A stretch of 64,000 bases of DNA from Candidatus Magasanikbacteria bacterium RIFOXYC2_FULL_42_28. GTDB taxonomy: Bacteria; Patescibacteriota; Patescibacteriia; Magasanikbacterales; GWA2-37-8. Numbering within the stretch: position 1 is the first letter of the stretch; every line of letters begins with the position of its first letter. The stretch covers positions 12,502-76,501 of the forward strand of contig MFQZ01000002.1 of NCBI GenBank assembly GCA_001784435.1, given 5' to 3'. The notes under the pieces are model-generated. The model had not been told where the DNA came from. It was given only the letters and a program-made list of their open reading frames with translations, and made no database searches. This document shows positions 1 to 9,194 of this stretch, piece after piece. The translations under genes were made by a program, and so were the position numbers.

Positions 1-24
1 CCTTCAAAGGGAGGTGTCCTGCCG

Positions 25-729
25 TTAGACGACCTCGGAATAATTAATAAATTGTTCATGAGCTGCAAATACCCAACCCATAATCTTTCTATTTAAATTA
101 GTGCTTCGACGAACTTTAATCCTTAACACCCCATGATAATCAATGCCTTTATTTCGCCTATAACTATTAATATTACCCTTCTTAAAATACACTTTATCAA
201 AATACTGAAGACCAATTCCTAAAACATTGCTCCAGTATCTTTTTTGCTCACTAACGACTGGACCGTTTTTGTGAACATAAATTTCAAAGTGTAAATCTTC
301 CAGTGGTATTTTACAAATTTTTACCAACCATTGATAAAAAAATTTAATCATTTTATCATCACTGTTTGAAAAAATTACTTTGGCTGAAACATTATGTGTT
401 TTTTGCTTACTACCTTCCGCCCAATAAAGCGCGGCACCCATTAACAATAATGTCTGATTACTCAATTTATCAATGTCTTTTGCGGCATCTTCTCTGATAT
501 TTTTTTCAACTGAAATTCTTGCGTCCTTTTTAATTTTTGCACCTCTTAAAATTCCTTCGCGACTAATTCGTATTAATCGTTTTTTTGCTTCATCATCTAA
601 ATTAACATCTCTTAGCCACAAAGACAAAGACGCTTGAGACACAGACACTGATTTCAAAATTTCTGAATATGACAACCCTTGTTTACGCAATTTTATTGCT
701 AACTCTTTTTCTAGTGGCTTTGCTAACAT
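25..729 (-). CDS. HTH-domain protein with a single LAGLIDADG-like motif (putative free-standing homing endonuclease)
   Basis: N-terminal resolvase-like HTH (LSYSEILKSVSVSQASLSLWLRDV). The motif LLLMGAALYWAEGSK aligns to LAGLIDADGS with the conserved acidic residue and Gly-Ser. Size fits a single-motif enzyme. Inferred from motif only. Confidence 0.35.
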   Translation of the reverse strand: MLAKPLEKELAIKLRKQGLSYSEILKSVSVSQASLSLWLRDVNLDDEAKKRLIRISREGILRGAKIKKDARISVEKNIREDAAKDIDKLSNQTLLLMGAALYWAEGSKQKTHNVSAKVIFSNSDDKMIKFFYQWLVKICKIPLEDLHFEIYVHKNGPVVSEQKRYWSNVLGIGLQYFDKVYFKKGNINSYRRNKGIDYHGVLRIKVRRSTNLNRKIMGWVFAAHEQFINYSEVV

Positions 730-794
730 AATTAAACCAAGGTTATAATATTCTGTATTATATCACCTTGGTTTTATTGTGTCAACTACCCTAC

Positions 795-1748
795 TTACAC
801 CTTCAACTGCCTTCGCATTGCCAAACCACTGGACAATATGGTCAAAAGCAATACCGCCACGGCTTGGACACCGAATATAGAGAGAATATGCGAAAAATAG
901 TAATTTGTCAAGGAGAAGGCGCTGGGGAAAACTACGGCCAGATATTTATCCACAAAATTTAAGCCCCAAAATACCACTCCGGCTGTTAACGCTACACTTA
1001 CCACCGTAAACACCAATGACTCCAAAACATATGGTCCACGGATAAACCAATTGGAAGCGCCCACCAAACGTTTGATACTAATTTCCATGCGCTGACCTTG
1101 AATCGCCACCCGCACGGTGTTGAAAATAACCAAAAACGAAATAATGGCAAACAACACGGCCAGACCCAAAACCATTGTTTCCAAACGTTTGGTAATGTTA
1201 TGAATTTTATCAATCGCCTCACGATTCTCGTCAAAACTTTTGGCTTCAATTAAATTATTGTATTCCGGCAAATCCAGAGCCGTAATAATTTTTTGATAAT
1301 CATTTGGTTCGCGCGTTTTAATTATGGCCGTCGGACCAAAAGGATTATCACCCAATTCATCAAGCGCCTGCAAGACCTCGCCGTTTAAACTATGGCGCTG
1401 ACGAAATGACTCTAACACTTGCTCACGATTTAAAAGCGTAAAATCAATTACCTCCGGAAAACTTTTCACGTATTTTTGAATATCTTCAACATTTTTATCA
1501 GTGGCGTCCGCGCTAAAATACACGCTCACATTAATTTGTTCTTTTACCAATTTTATCGCTTCGTTAGTAACCACATCCACCGACCATAAGGTATTTACCG
1601 ACAACAACATTAAAACCAAAATAAACACGGTCATAAACGACATGCCGAAATTGCGACCAATGTCTTGAAAAGCGTATTTTATTGAGCGAACAAATAAAGC
1701 CATATATTGATTAGTGATAATTTCAAAATCCAAATTTCCAATTTCCAA
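795..1748 (-). CDS. ftsX: cell division ABC transporter permease FtsX
   Basis: Four-TM FtsX-like topology with a periplasmic loop. It lies immediately downstream of ftsE on the same strand. Confidence 0.85.
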   Translation of the reverse strand: MEIGNLDFEIITNQYMALFVRSIKYAFQDIGRNFGMSFMTVFILVLMLLSVNTLWSVDVVTNEAIKLVKEQINVSVYFSADATDKNVEDIQKYVKSFPEVIDFTLLNREQVLESFRQRHSLNGEVLQALDELGDNPFGPTAIIKTREPNDYQKIITALDLPEYNNLIEAKSFDENREAIDKIHNITKRLETMVLGLAVLFAIISFLVIFNTVRVAIQGQRMEISIKRLVGASNWFIRGPYVLESLVFTVVSVALTAGVVFWGLNFVDKYLAVVFPSAFSLTNYYFSHILSIFGVQAVAVLLLTILSSGLAMRRQLKV

Positions 1749-1850
1749 TTAATATCAAATTTCTAATAATAAATACCAAATTTGATATTTTGATTTTGGA
1801 TTTGATTTGATATTGGAAATTTGATATTTGACATTTCACAACACGTATTT
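1715..1850. repeat. AT-rich imperfect palindromic element, TTTCCAATTTCC/GGAAATTGGAAA word family, copy 1 (ftsE-ftsX intercistronic)
   Basis: Left arm gataatttcaaaatccaaatttccaatttccaat and right arm attggaaatttgatatttgacattt are read directly. It shares its 5' end with copies at 34298, 42571 and 57152. Confidence 0.7.
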
Positions 1851-2546
1851 ACCCTCGCTTTGATCCATAATAATTTCGCCGTTTTGTAAAGTAATAACGC
1901 GCCGGCGCAAACGATTGACCACATCGCGGTTGTGGGTCATAAGCAAAATTGTCGTGCCAAACTCATTTATCTTTTTTAAAATTTGCATCACTTCTTCGGT
2001 GTTAATAGTGTCTAAATTTCCGGTCGGTTCATCGGCGACAATTAATTTCGGCCGGTGCGCCAAAGAGCGGGCGATGGCCACGCGCTGTTGTTCCCCGCCG
2101 GATAATTGATACGGGTAGCGATTGCCTCGCCCAGACAAATTTACAATCTCCAATAACTCCGGCACGACTTGTTTAATGCGTCGTGAAACTTCACCGGCCA
2201 CCTCCAAAGCAAACGCCACATTTTCCGAAACGGTTTTTTTGGGTAATAATTTAAAATCCTGAAAAATTACGCCGATTTGGCGACGCAAAAACGGAATTTC
2301 GTCCGAACCAATGCCAGTGATATCCCAATCCCCGATTTGAATTTGCCCCTTGGTCGGCCGTTCTTCGGCAATCAAAAGTTTGGCCAGCGTGGTTTTGCCG
2401 CTACCGCTTTGACCAATTAAAGAAACGAATTCTCCGGATTTGATGTCTAAATTAACATCACGCAAAGCCACCGAAGTCGTAGAATAAATTTTACTAACGC
2501 CGTTGATTTTAATCATGTTAATAGTATACCATATCCACGAAAACAA
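1836..2546 (-). CDS. ftsE: cell division ATP-binding protein FtsE (ABC ATPase)
   Basis: Walker [13 protein letters not shown] signature [15 protein letters not shown] and Walker B LIVADEPT. Confidence 0.9.
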   Translation of the reverse strand: MFSWIWYTINMIKINGVSKIYSTTSVALRDVNLDIKSGEFVSLIGQSGSGKTTLAKLLIAEERPTKGQIQIGDWDITGIGSDEIPFLRRQIGVIFQDFKLLPKKTVSENVAFALEVAGEVSRRIKQVVPELLEIVNLSGRGNRYPYQLSGGEQQRVAIARSLAHRPKLIVADEPTGNLDTINTEEVMQILKKINEFGTTILLMTHNRDVVNRLRRRVITLQNGEIIMDQSEGKYVL

Positions 2547-2589
2547 AAAAACCCCTCGGCTGGGGAAAAGTCAATATGAGTAAACTGTG

Positions 2590-2660
2590 AGCCCCCGATC
2601 AGAATCGAACTGATGTCTGCGGTTTACGATACCGCCGTTCTGCCACTGAACTATGGGGGC
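2590..2660 (-). tRNA. tRNA-Thr (anticodon CGT)
   Basis: The reverse complement folds as a cloverleaf. Acceptor is GCCCCCA/CGGGGGC, anticodon stem GCGGT/ACCGC, loop ATCGTAA and T-loop TTCGATT. CCA is not encoded. There is one A-C mismatch at the base of the acceptor stem. Confidence 0.8.
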
Positions 2661-2783
2661 ACGGCTTCGCTACGCTACGCCGTGTAAACTACGGTAGAAA
2701 ATTTCATTATTTACTGGCTAATAATAGGGCATAACGTAGTGAAGCCCTATTTTAACTCATAATAAGGCGAGATGTCAAACATG

Positions 2784-3491
2784 CTATTCAACAACTTCTA
2801 CTTTTGTCATTACGATTTCTTCTGTTGGTCGATCAGAAAAATCCACTTCACTTTTGGCAATCACATCCACCGTTTCAATTCCGCTAATAACGCGCCCAAA
2901 AATTGTATAATTGTGTGGTAACGGATAATTGGCGTGCATGATAAAAAATTGACTACCATTGGTATTGGGGCCGGCGTTGGCCATTGCCAAAACGCCACGT
3001 TCGTAACCGCGACCGTATGATTCTGTTTCCGCCCAGAGTTCATCTTCAAATTGATAACCGGGCCCGCCACTGCCCGTGCCGGTCGGATCTCCGCCTTGGA
3101 TCATAAAACCGGGAATGACCCGATGAAAAATCACGCCATCGTAAAAACCTTTTTTCGCCAGAGTTAAAAAATTTTCTACGGTTTTCGGAGCGTCGGTGAG
3201 AAATAGTTCTAAGGTAATTTCACCTTTGTTGGTTTTGATTTTTATCATAGGTTTTGTATTCTTTTTAGTAATTAAATTTGTTGGTGTGGTGGTGGGCGTT
3301 GGCGTTGTATTTTTGGCAGTGGTAGTCATCGGCTCCGGGGTTGACTCCACGACATTCTCTGGTATTGTTGTCGGTGTACCAATTATTCTCAAGTCATCTG
3401 TTTTGGGCGGTGAATAATATAATTTTATTAATCCGCCTCCGACTAAAATTACTACTGATACTCCGATTGAAGTTTTATAATAATTATTCAT
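2784..3491 (-). CDS. ppiB: peptidyl-prolyl cis-trans isomerase, cyclophilin type, with N-terminal TM and Thr/Pro-rich linker
   Basis: Cyclophilin core FHRVIPGFMIQGGDPTGTGSGGPGYQFEDE. The start is placed at the internal Met (MNNYYK), because the longer ORF to 3542 would overlap tRNA-Gly. Confidence 0.85.
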   Translation of the reverse strand: MNNYYKTSIGVSVVILVGGGLIKLYYSPPKTDDLRIIGTPTTIPENVVESTPEPMTTTAKNTTPTPTTTPTNLITKKNTKPMIKIKTNKGEITLELFLTDAPKTVENFLTLAKKGFYDGVIFHRVIPGFMIQGGDPTGTGSGGPGYQFEDELWAETESYGRGYERGVLAMANAGPNTNGSQFFIMHANYPLPHNYTIFGRVISGIETVDVIAKSEVDFSDRPTEEIVMTKVEVVE

Positions 3492-3510
3492 AAAAATAAT
3501 AAAAAATCTG

Positions 3511-3581
3511 AGCGAGTGAAGGGAATCGAACCCACGCCTCAACCTTGGGAAGGTCGCGTACTACCATTATACTACACTCGC
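3511..3581 (-). tRNA. tRNA-Gly (anticodon CCC)
   Basis: The reverse complement GCGAGTG...CACTCGC forms a perfect 7-bp acceptor. Anticodon stem is CGACC/GGTTG, loop TTCCCAA and T-loop TTCGATT. CCA is not encoded. Confidence 0.8.
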
Positions 3582-3670
3582 AGTGAGCGGAAAGAAAAGA
3601 AACTTGTTTATTTTCTTTCCCGAACTAAAAAGGCAGACCAAATGATCTGCCTTCATTATACTATATTTGG

Positions 3671-4663
3671 TTATTTTTTCAAGTCCGCAAACGGGTCGTG
3701 AATTCGCAAATATAAATTGATATTGGCCTGTTTGGAAGCATCATTTAAGTAAGTATCAATGGATGGCAAACGGAATAAAATATGGCTGGCCTGAACCGAC
3801 TCTACCTTTTCTTTTTTCTTGGTGTCAGGATTAACAACCTCTTCGGTTTTTTTATCAATCACTTTAATGACGTGATAACCAAACTGAGTTTCCACTAAAC
3901 TATCTACAACAGTACCCGTGGCAGTGGCAAAAGCGGCAATTTCAAATTCCGGTACCATTTCACCGGCTTTAAAAAATCCCAAATCACCGCCGGTAGCCGC
4001 TGTGCCGTCCTGGCCGTATTGCTTGGCCATCTCGGCGAAATCCGCGCCGGCTTTAATTTCACCCAATACTTTTTCGGCTAAAGCACGCGTATCGGTTAAT
4101 AATTTTTGGTCAGTGCCGATTTTATCAGTTAATTTTTGTTGCAAGACATAACCGTTAATAACTTTTTTCTCATAATCAGCCAAAGTCCAACCATAACGCT
4201 CCAGCAGGGCTTTGTCTAATTCCGCCGTATTGGCAAATTGTTGAAGTAATTCTGTTTTTAGCGCGTCCACGTCGGTCGCTTCCACCTTTACTCCATAGGC
4301 CTTGGCCGCGTCATCGATTAAAATATTGTTGACAGCGCGCCACAACACTTGATCAGATAAATTTTCTTCGGTCAAACTTGCGGTCGGACCGTTATTGGTT
4401 TTGTCAAACTCTCGCAAAGTTTGAATGGCTTTCATATCATCGGCATAATCAGCATACAAAATTGGCGTGCCATTCACTTTGCCGGCCGGTAAGCGCAAAA
4501 TTTTCGCCACTCCAACGGTAAACGGATCAGTCGCGGCTTTGGCATAAACCCGAAACACTGCGGTAAATACCACCACGAGTAAAACCACGCCGACAAGGGT
4601 GAGCGCGCCATAGCCAAACAGACGTAAATTTTTTCCCTCCAAAGATGTGTTGTTTTCAGTCAT
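3671..4663 (-). CDS. parvulin-type (PpiC) peptidyl-prolyl isomerase, SurA/PrsA-like, N-terminal TM anchor
   Basis: C-terminal rotamase motif GGDLGFF...FGYHVIKV and one N-terminal TM helix. Confidence 0.7.
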   Translation of the reverse strand: MTENNTSLEGKNLRLFGYGALTLVGVVLLVVVFTAVFRVYAKAATDPFTVGVAKILRLPAGKVNGTPILYADYADDMKAIQTLREFDKTNNGPTASLTEENLSDQVLWRAVNNILIDDAAKAYGVKVEATDVDALKTELLQQFANTAELDKALLERYGWTLADYEKKVINGYVLQQKLTDKIGTDQKLLTDTRALAEKVLGEIKAGADFAEMAKQYGQDGTAATGGDLGFFKAGEMVPEFEIAAFATATGTVVDSLVETQFGYHVIKVIDKKTEEVVNPDTKKKEKVESVQASHILFRLPSIDTYLNDASKQANINLYLRIHDPFADLKK

Positions 4664-4685
4664 AGAGTAAACTTAATTATTAGTT

Positions 4686-5096
4686 TTAATTTTTATTATC
4701 GGGTTTATGTAAAAAGTAGTTTAACCATTTAATCGGATTGGCCAAGTTTTTAAATTCTAACATATTATTGTTTTCCTGTCCAACTTTTATTCCCGCCACG
4801 TTGGGGATAATTCCGATTTGTTCACCCGGTTTAGCCAAATTCAATTCCAAACGAGCTTTTTCTTCAATAAAATCCTCGGATTTAACATATGCCAAAGCAT
4901 CCAAAGTGCTTAATTTTTTTACTTCCAAACGTTTAACATCTTCTTGTAAACGCGCGATTTCTTGACGCACCTGATAATCCTCATAAAAAGCGCGAGCAAA
5001 AGCGGTAATAACAAAAATAGCTACCAAAAAACCAATGGCTAAAAACCAACGCGACCAAAAGAAATTACGCCATTTTTTGTTTGTTACTCCGGCCAT
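4686..5096 (-). CDS. septum formation initiator FtsB/DivIC-like protein
   Basis: Single TM followed by a coiled coil (QVRQEIARLQEDVKRLEVKK), with the size typical of FtsB. Confidence 0.45.
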   Translation of the reverse strand: MAGVTNKKWRNFFWSRWFLAIGFLVAIFVITAFARAFYEDYQVRQEIARLQEDVKRLEVKKLSTLDALAYVKSEDFIEEKARLELNLAKPGEQIGIIPNVAGIKVGQENNNMLEFKNLANPIKWLNYFLHKPDNKN

Positions 5097-5103
5097 ATCA
5101 CCG

Positions 5104-6372
5104 CTATTTTTTTATTTTTAAAAGCAATTCCCGCGCCACTTGCCTGTCATCCCAAGGAATTTTTACGCCACCACTAACGCAAATTACCGGCTCGGTTCCT
5201 TTGGCGGTAAATACCACCACATCGCCAACTTTTGCCAATAAGTATGATAACGCAAAAGCGCGTTTACGGTCAACCTCAATAAATAAATTTTGATTATCAA
5301 TTTTACCGGCCGAACGCGCGCCCGAAGCGAGCATTTCTGCAATCTGGGTCGCGTCTTCATCAAAACAATTTACATCGGTAACAATGACAATGTCGCATAA
5401 CCGGCCGGCCACTTCGCCCATTTTGGAACGTTTACCCACGTCCCGACCACCGCCATCCGAACCAATGACGCCAATAATTTTTTTATCTTTGGCGAGCGCG
5501 CGCAACGATTTAAACAGCGCGGTCAAACTAATTGGTTCATGCGCGTAATCAACTATCACGGTAAAATTTTGTCCGGCTTTAATAAATTCCATGCGTCCGG
5601 CGATTTCTTTAACACTCGCTAAACCTTGAGCAATTTTATCGTCGGGCATGCCTTGCGACTTACCAACTTCGATTGCCAAGACAGCATTAATAACATTAAA
5701 TTCTCCCGCGACATTTATTCGGTAGCCATAACTGCTATAATCAAATTCAATTCCCGACGCATCGCTATTTTTTATTTTAGCTGAACTGGGTCGGGCTTGA
5801 ATTCTTTTGTCAGCCGTAAATTGCGCGTAAAAAGGCGCGTGTTCGTCGTCGGAATTGACAATGCTAATTTTTTGAACCGTTTGACCGCCAAAAACTTTTC
5901 GGAATGATTGTAGACTTTTAAATAATTTTCCTTTGGCAGATTTCAAATTTTCAAAACCGCCGTGGCGTTCGGAATGTTCTGTGCCGAGATTAGTAAAAAC
6001 GGCAATGTCGTAATTTAAACCATAATGGCGATATTGGGCAATGCCTTCCGAAGAAGTTTCGACAACTGCGTAACGACAGCCCGCCGTAACCATATCGCGC
6101 AACATTTTATGAATTTGCCCTAAACCCAGCATGGTCATTTTTTTGTCATTCAACCAACGTTTTTCCGCAATCTGGAATTCCACGGTGGTGAGTAGGCCGA
6201 CTTTGTGCCCGGTGGCCTCTAACACGCTCGCTATAAAACGACAGGTGCTGGATTTACCTTTGGTGCCGGTAACGCCGACGACAATTAGTTTGCGGCTAGG
6301 GCGACCGTAATACCAATAGGTGGCGACGGCGATTAGATAATGTTTTAGTTCGTTTAGTTTTTGTTTTAACAT
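5104..6372 (-). CDS. Mur ligase family protein (MurE/MurF-like central and C-terminal domains; N-terminal domain absent)
   Basis: The P-loop GVTGTKGKSST lies about 35 aa from the N-terminus, and the Mur ligase central and C-terminal domain pattern follows. Confidence 0.65.
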   Translation of the reverse strand: MLKQKLNELKHYLIAVATYWYYGRPSRKLIVVGVTGTKGKSSTCRFIASVLEATGHKVGLLTTVEFQIAEKRWLNDKKMTMLGLGQIHKMLRDMVTAGCRYAVVETSSEGIAQYRHYGLNYDIAVFTNLGTEHSERHGGFENLKSAKGKLFKSLQSFRKVFGGQTVQKISIVNSDDEHAPFYAQFTADKRIQARPSSAKIKNSDASGIEFDYSSYGYRINVAGEFNVINAVLAIEVGKSQGMPDDKIAQGLASVKEIAGRMEFIKAGQNFTVIVDYAHEPISLTALFKSLRALAKDKKIIGVIGSDGGGRDVGKRSKMGEVAGRLCDIVIVTDVNCFDEDATQIAEMLASGARSAGKIDNQNLFIEVDRKRAFALSYLLAKVGDVVVFTAKGTEPVICVSGGVKIPWDDRQVARELLLKIKK

Positions 6373-6386
6373 AAATTATTATCAAT

Positions 6387-6466
6387 TGTCATCCCGGACT
6401 TGATCCGGGATCTCTGTCCAACGATTTTACGAACGGACAGGGATCCCGATTTTCATCGGGATGACA
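6387..6466. repeat. GC-rich palindromic element (GPE), two units head-to-head
   Basis: TGTCATCCCGGActtgaTCCGGGATCTCTGTCC-spacer-GGACAGGGATCCCGAttttcaTCGGGATGACA. The left half is the reverse complement of the right half. Confidence 0.8.
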
Positions 6467-6480
6467 AAACGAGTGAACGA

Positions 6481-7053
6481 CTAAGCTCGCAACGATGTCT
6501 CATACACCACCTGCTCCAATTTATGCAACGCCTGTTTCGCCTGATCAAATTTATTGCGATTGTATCCGGTCAAATCCATATCTACCAGTTCACCAATAAT
6601 TTCTTCCGCTACCGCATGGCATCTTTTTACCATTGGAAAATTTTTAGCAGTCGCGGATTTAATGGCATAACGATAAAGCTCGCCCGGCAAATCACACATG
6701 CCACCAATATAGGTATCGGGCTCAATTGGCAAACCGGAAATTTTCCCCAATTCCTTGCCATCACAAAATTGCTTAAATAAATATGCTTCCACATATTCTT
6801 CCACACCGGCCAAATATGCGCCTTCATCAAACAATGCACTATCGCCTTTAAATTGTTTTTGCAAAGCCAACAACATTTTTTCCGATTGCGCCAAACATTC
6901 TTCACCAACTTTTTTATCATCGCGCTGAAAGGCAAAAATCGCTTTTTTGGCAAAATGCTGGGCATCGCCAGCGGACTTAATTACCTCCCGACGTTTGGTG
7001 CGATAGCCCAAAATTTGGGTGCGGATGGTGGCGAGATATTTTTTGTTAATCAT
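6481..7053 (-). CDS. Translin-family-like protein (tentative)
   Basis: The C-terminal motif YIGGMCDLPGELYRYAI resembles the translin/TRAX DLTGELMR catalytic-Glu motif, and the ~190 aa helical size fits. Recalled from memory, not verified. Confidence 0.35.
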   Translation of the reverse strand: MINKKYLATIRTQILGYRTKRREVIKSAGDAQHFAKKAIFAFQRDDKKVGEECLAQSEKMLLALQKQFKGDSALFDEGAYLAGVEEYVEAYLFKQFCDGKELGKISGLPIEPDTYIGGMCDLPGELYRYAIKSATAKNFPMVKRCHAVAEEIIGELVDMDLTGYNRNKFDQAKQALHKLEQVVYETSLRA

Positions 7054-7094
7054 ACGGATATCTTAAATATTAAACTTATCCACTCGCGTGGGTC

Positions 7095-7123
7095 TTGATA
7101 TTTTCTTAATAATAGTGTATCAT
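7095..7123 (+). promoter_or_regulatory. candidate sigma70-like promoter for tRNA-Lys
   Basis: TTGATA, a 17-nt spacer, then TATCAT, about 70 nt upstream of the tRNA 5' end. Confidence 0.3.
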
Positions 7124-7194
7124 ATAAACCAATGTTTTGTCTAACTCTAATTGCTTGCCACACGAGCTTGCTCGGCGTAGCGAAGCGAAGACGA

Positions 7195-7267
7195 GACCTG
7201 GTAGCTCAGCTGGTAGAGCGGCTCCCTTTTAAGGAGAAGGTCCCGGGTTCGATCCCCGGCCGGGTCA
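7195..7267 (+). tRNA. tRNA-Lys (anticodon TTT)
   Basis: Acceptor GACCTGG/CCGGGTC (one G-U pair), D-arm GCTC-AGCTGGTA-GAGC, anticodon stem GCTCC/GGAGA with loop CTTTTAA, and T-arm CCGGG-TTCGATC-CCCGG. Confidence 0.85.
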
Positions 7268-7312
7268 CTCAAAAAATCTTCACATTTATGTGATGATTTT
7301 TTTATATAGGTC
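7268..7312. terminator. candidate bidirectional terminator hairpin between tRNA-Lys (+) and the deaminase gene (-)
   Basis: A-tract, imperfect stem tcttcacat/atgtgatga, then a T-tract. Confidence 0.35.
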
Positions 7313-7325
7313 GAGTCGCATCGAC

Positions 7326-8045
7326 TTATTCCAAATCCGGCATCAAATCCTCAATGTATGTTTTATAATCACCCGCGAATTTTTTCGTATCTCCATGGCT
7401 TTTTAATAAATCTTCAATACTTATATCTTCAACAACTAGATGTTTTCGATCAACGTCGTTAACCATTACAATTCTCGTCCAAGGTTTTACCAAACCATCA
7501 TGACTCAACAGATTTAAGCATTGTCCGCAAGGATGTAACACTGCCCGCTCTTCTTTATAGGCATGTTCTGGTTGTTCTCCAGACCGCACTGTAGTGGTCT
7601 GATCTGAAGCAACAACTAAACCCACCACATCTAAGTTAGGTTCATATATATTTAATTCATCCTCCCTTTTACTTTCAAATTTTCCTTCTTGAGAAATCAA
7701 TGATCCTAAATGTAATTGTCGCAGCAGTCTTCTCTCGGCACACATTTTTGGTGGTGGCTGATTAACACTTCCCTTTAAATTCGCGTCAAAAGTTACTTTT
7801 CCTCTATCTAATCTCCGATCCCAGTAACACATACTTCCACCAACATGAAAATTTCGTGGAGATTCTGCAAACCTTTTCATGCTCATTGCAGCAGCGATTA
7901 AAGAATAATATTTATTACGCCAAAAATCAACATATTCCTGTGGCATTCCAGTAGTAATAATGTCTCTCGAAACTTGCGACTCAACTAACTTTATTAATTG
8001 TTGTATCGGCGTATATTCTTGACCTGCACCCTCTCTAATAAACAT
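7326..8045 (-). CDS. cytidine-deaminase-fold zinc enzyme with atypical architecture
   Basis: CAE (MCAERRLL) and PCGQC zinc-ligand motifs of the CDA superfamily. The inter-motif spacing is about 70 aa rather than about 30 aa, and there is a ~100 aa N-terminal extension. Confidence 0.5.
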   Translation of the reverse strand: MFIREGAGQEYTPIQQLIKLVESQVSRDIITTGMPQEYVDFWRNKYYSLIAAAMSMKRFAESPRNFHVGGSMCYWDRRLDRGKVTFDANLKGSVNQPPPKMCAERRLLRQLHLGSLISQEGKFESKREDELNIYEPNLDVVGLVVASDQTTTVRSGEQPEHAYKEERAVLHPCGQCLNLLSHDGLVKPWTRIVMVNDVDRKHLVVEDISIEDLLKSHGDTKKFAGDYKTYIEDLMPDLE

Positions 8046-8078
8046 ATAATTTAAAATATTACAGACATTATTGAAATT

Positions 8079-8480
8079 TTACCTCACCATCCTAATCGCC
8101 TCCCAATGATCAAAACCAATTTCATCAGGTGTAAGCTCGCTTAAATTTTTTATAATTACTTCTTTCGCATCGGTATCAGCTTTCAATTCCGGCATACTTT
8201 CTAAATCGATATGATATACAACTGAAATTCTTTTACCGGGTCGAGGGTCGCGATCGGGATAATCTAAAATTGTAAGTAATTTCAAATTTTCTGGTTTAAT
8301 TTTCAAACCAATTTCTTCTTCTAATTCACGCGCGCATGCACCCGCGACATTTACATCATCTTCATCAACATGTCCACCCGGCATAACAAATTTATTCATG
8401 AACGGTTCTTTAGCACGTTTAATTAAAATTATTTTTTGCTTATTAATTGTTATTAGGCCATCAGTCGTGAGAATTGGCAT
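8079..8480 (-). CDS. NUDIX hydrolase
   Basis: Nudix box GGHVDEDDVNVAGACARELEEEIGL. Confidence 0.8.
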   Translation of the reverse strand: MPILTTDGLITINKQKIILIKRAKEPFMNKFVMPGGHVDEDDVNVAGACARELEEEIGLKIKPENLKLLTILDYPDRDPRPGKRISVVYHIDLESMPELKADTDAKEVIIKNLSELTPDEIGFDHWEAIRMVR

Positions 8481-8490
8481 ACTATAAATA

Positions 8491-9048
8491 TTATTTAATC
8501 AAAAACTCTAATAAAATCTTCACCCCAATCGCAATCAAAATAATTCCACCAATTAGTTCCGCATGTTTACCCCAACGTCGTCCGATATTTATTCCGACAT
8601 AAACTGAACTCAAACAAAGTCCAAAAGTAATTAAGCCGATGAGCGATGACCCCAGCCAAATATTTACTGATACTAACGCGAGCGAAACACCTACGACTAG
8701 CGCATCCACACTTGTCGCAAATGACAATAAAATCAAAACTTTCCAATTATCCAAATCAACTTCTTTTTCACCCTTTGGTTTTTGCGATTCCAAAATCATT
8801 TTTGATCCTAAAATAACAAGTAAAATAAAAGCAATCCATGGGCCAAAAGTGCTGGCGATTTTTTCCAATCCCGTACCCATCATCCAGCCAATTATGGGCA
8901 TCAGCGCTTGAAATAATCCGAAAAAAAATGCGACTCGACAAGCACGCAAAAAAGACATCCTGGGATAACGCGCGCTATTGGCGGCAGAAACGGCCATTGC
9001 GTCGAGCGATAGTGTGACGGCGATTAGAATGATATTCAGAATTGACAT
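8491..9048 (-). CDS. mntP: manganese efflux pump MntP family
   Basis: Duplicated LSLDA/SVDA motifs with six TM segments, typical of MntP (DUF204). Confidence 0.75.
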   Translation of the reverse strand: MSILNIILIAVTLSLDAMAVSAANSARYPRMSFLRACRVAFFFGLFQALMPIIGWMMGTGLEKIASTFGPWIAFILLVILGSKMILESQKPKGEKEVDLDNWKVLILLSFATSVDALVVGVSLALVSVNIWLGSSLIGLITFGLCLSSVYVGINIGRRWGKHAELIGGIILIAIGVKILLEFLIK

Positions 9049-9104
9049 ATATTTATGCTTCTATTGTATCGTATTTCTCGTTATTAGTAAATGATTAATT
9101 ATTA

Positions 9105-9136
9105 GACAGAGATCCCGAATCAAGTTCGGGATGACA
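9105..9136. repeat. GC-rich palindromic element, single unit
   Basis: GACAGAGATCCCGAatcaagtTCGGGATGACA, followed by a separate terminator-like hairpin at 9145-9180. Confidence 0.8.
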
Positions 9137-9194
9137 GTTAAAACAAAAAAAATCCCTCCGAAATTCGGAAGGATTTTTGAGTCAAGGTTAAAAT

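Noticed and set aside
3516-3701. 61-aa ORF on the + strand
   Set aside because: It lies over the tRNA-Gly gene (3511-3581, minus) and the spacer. No coding signal. Spurious.
6400-6780. 126-aa + strand ORF starting in the GC-rich palindromic element
   Set aside because: It is antisense to the translin-like gene and initiates inside the repeat. It is a product of the palindrome plus AT-rich antisense sequence.
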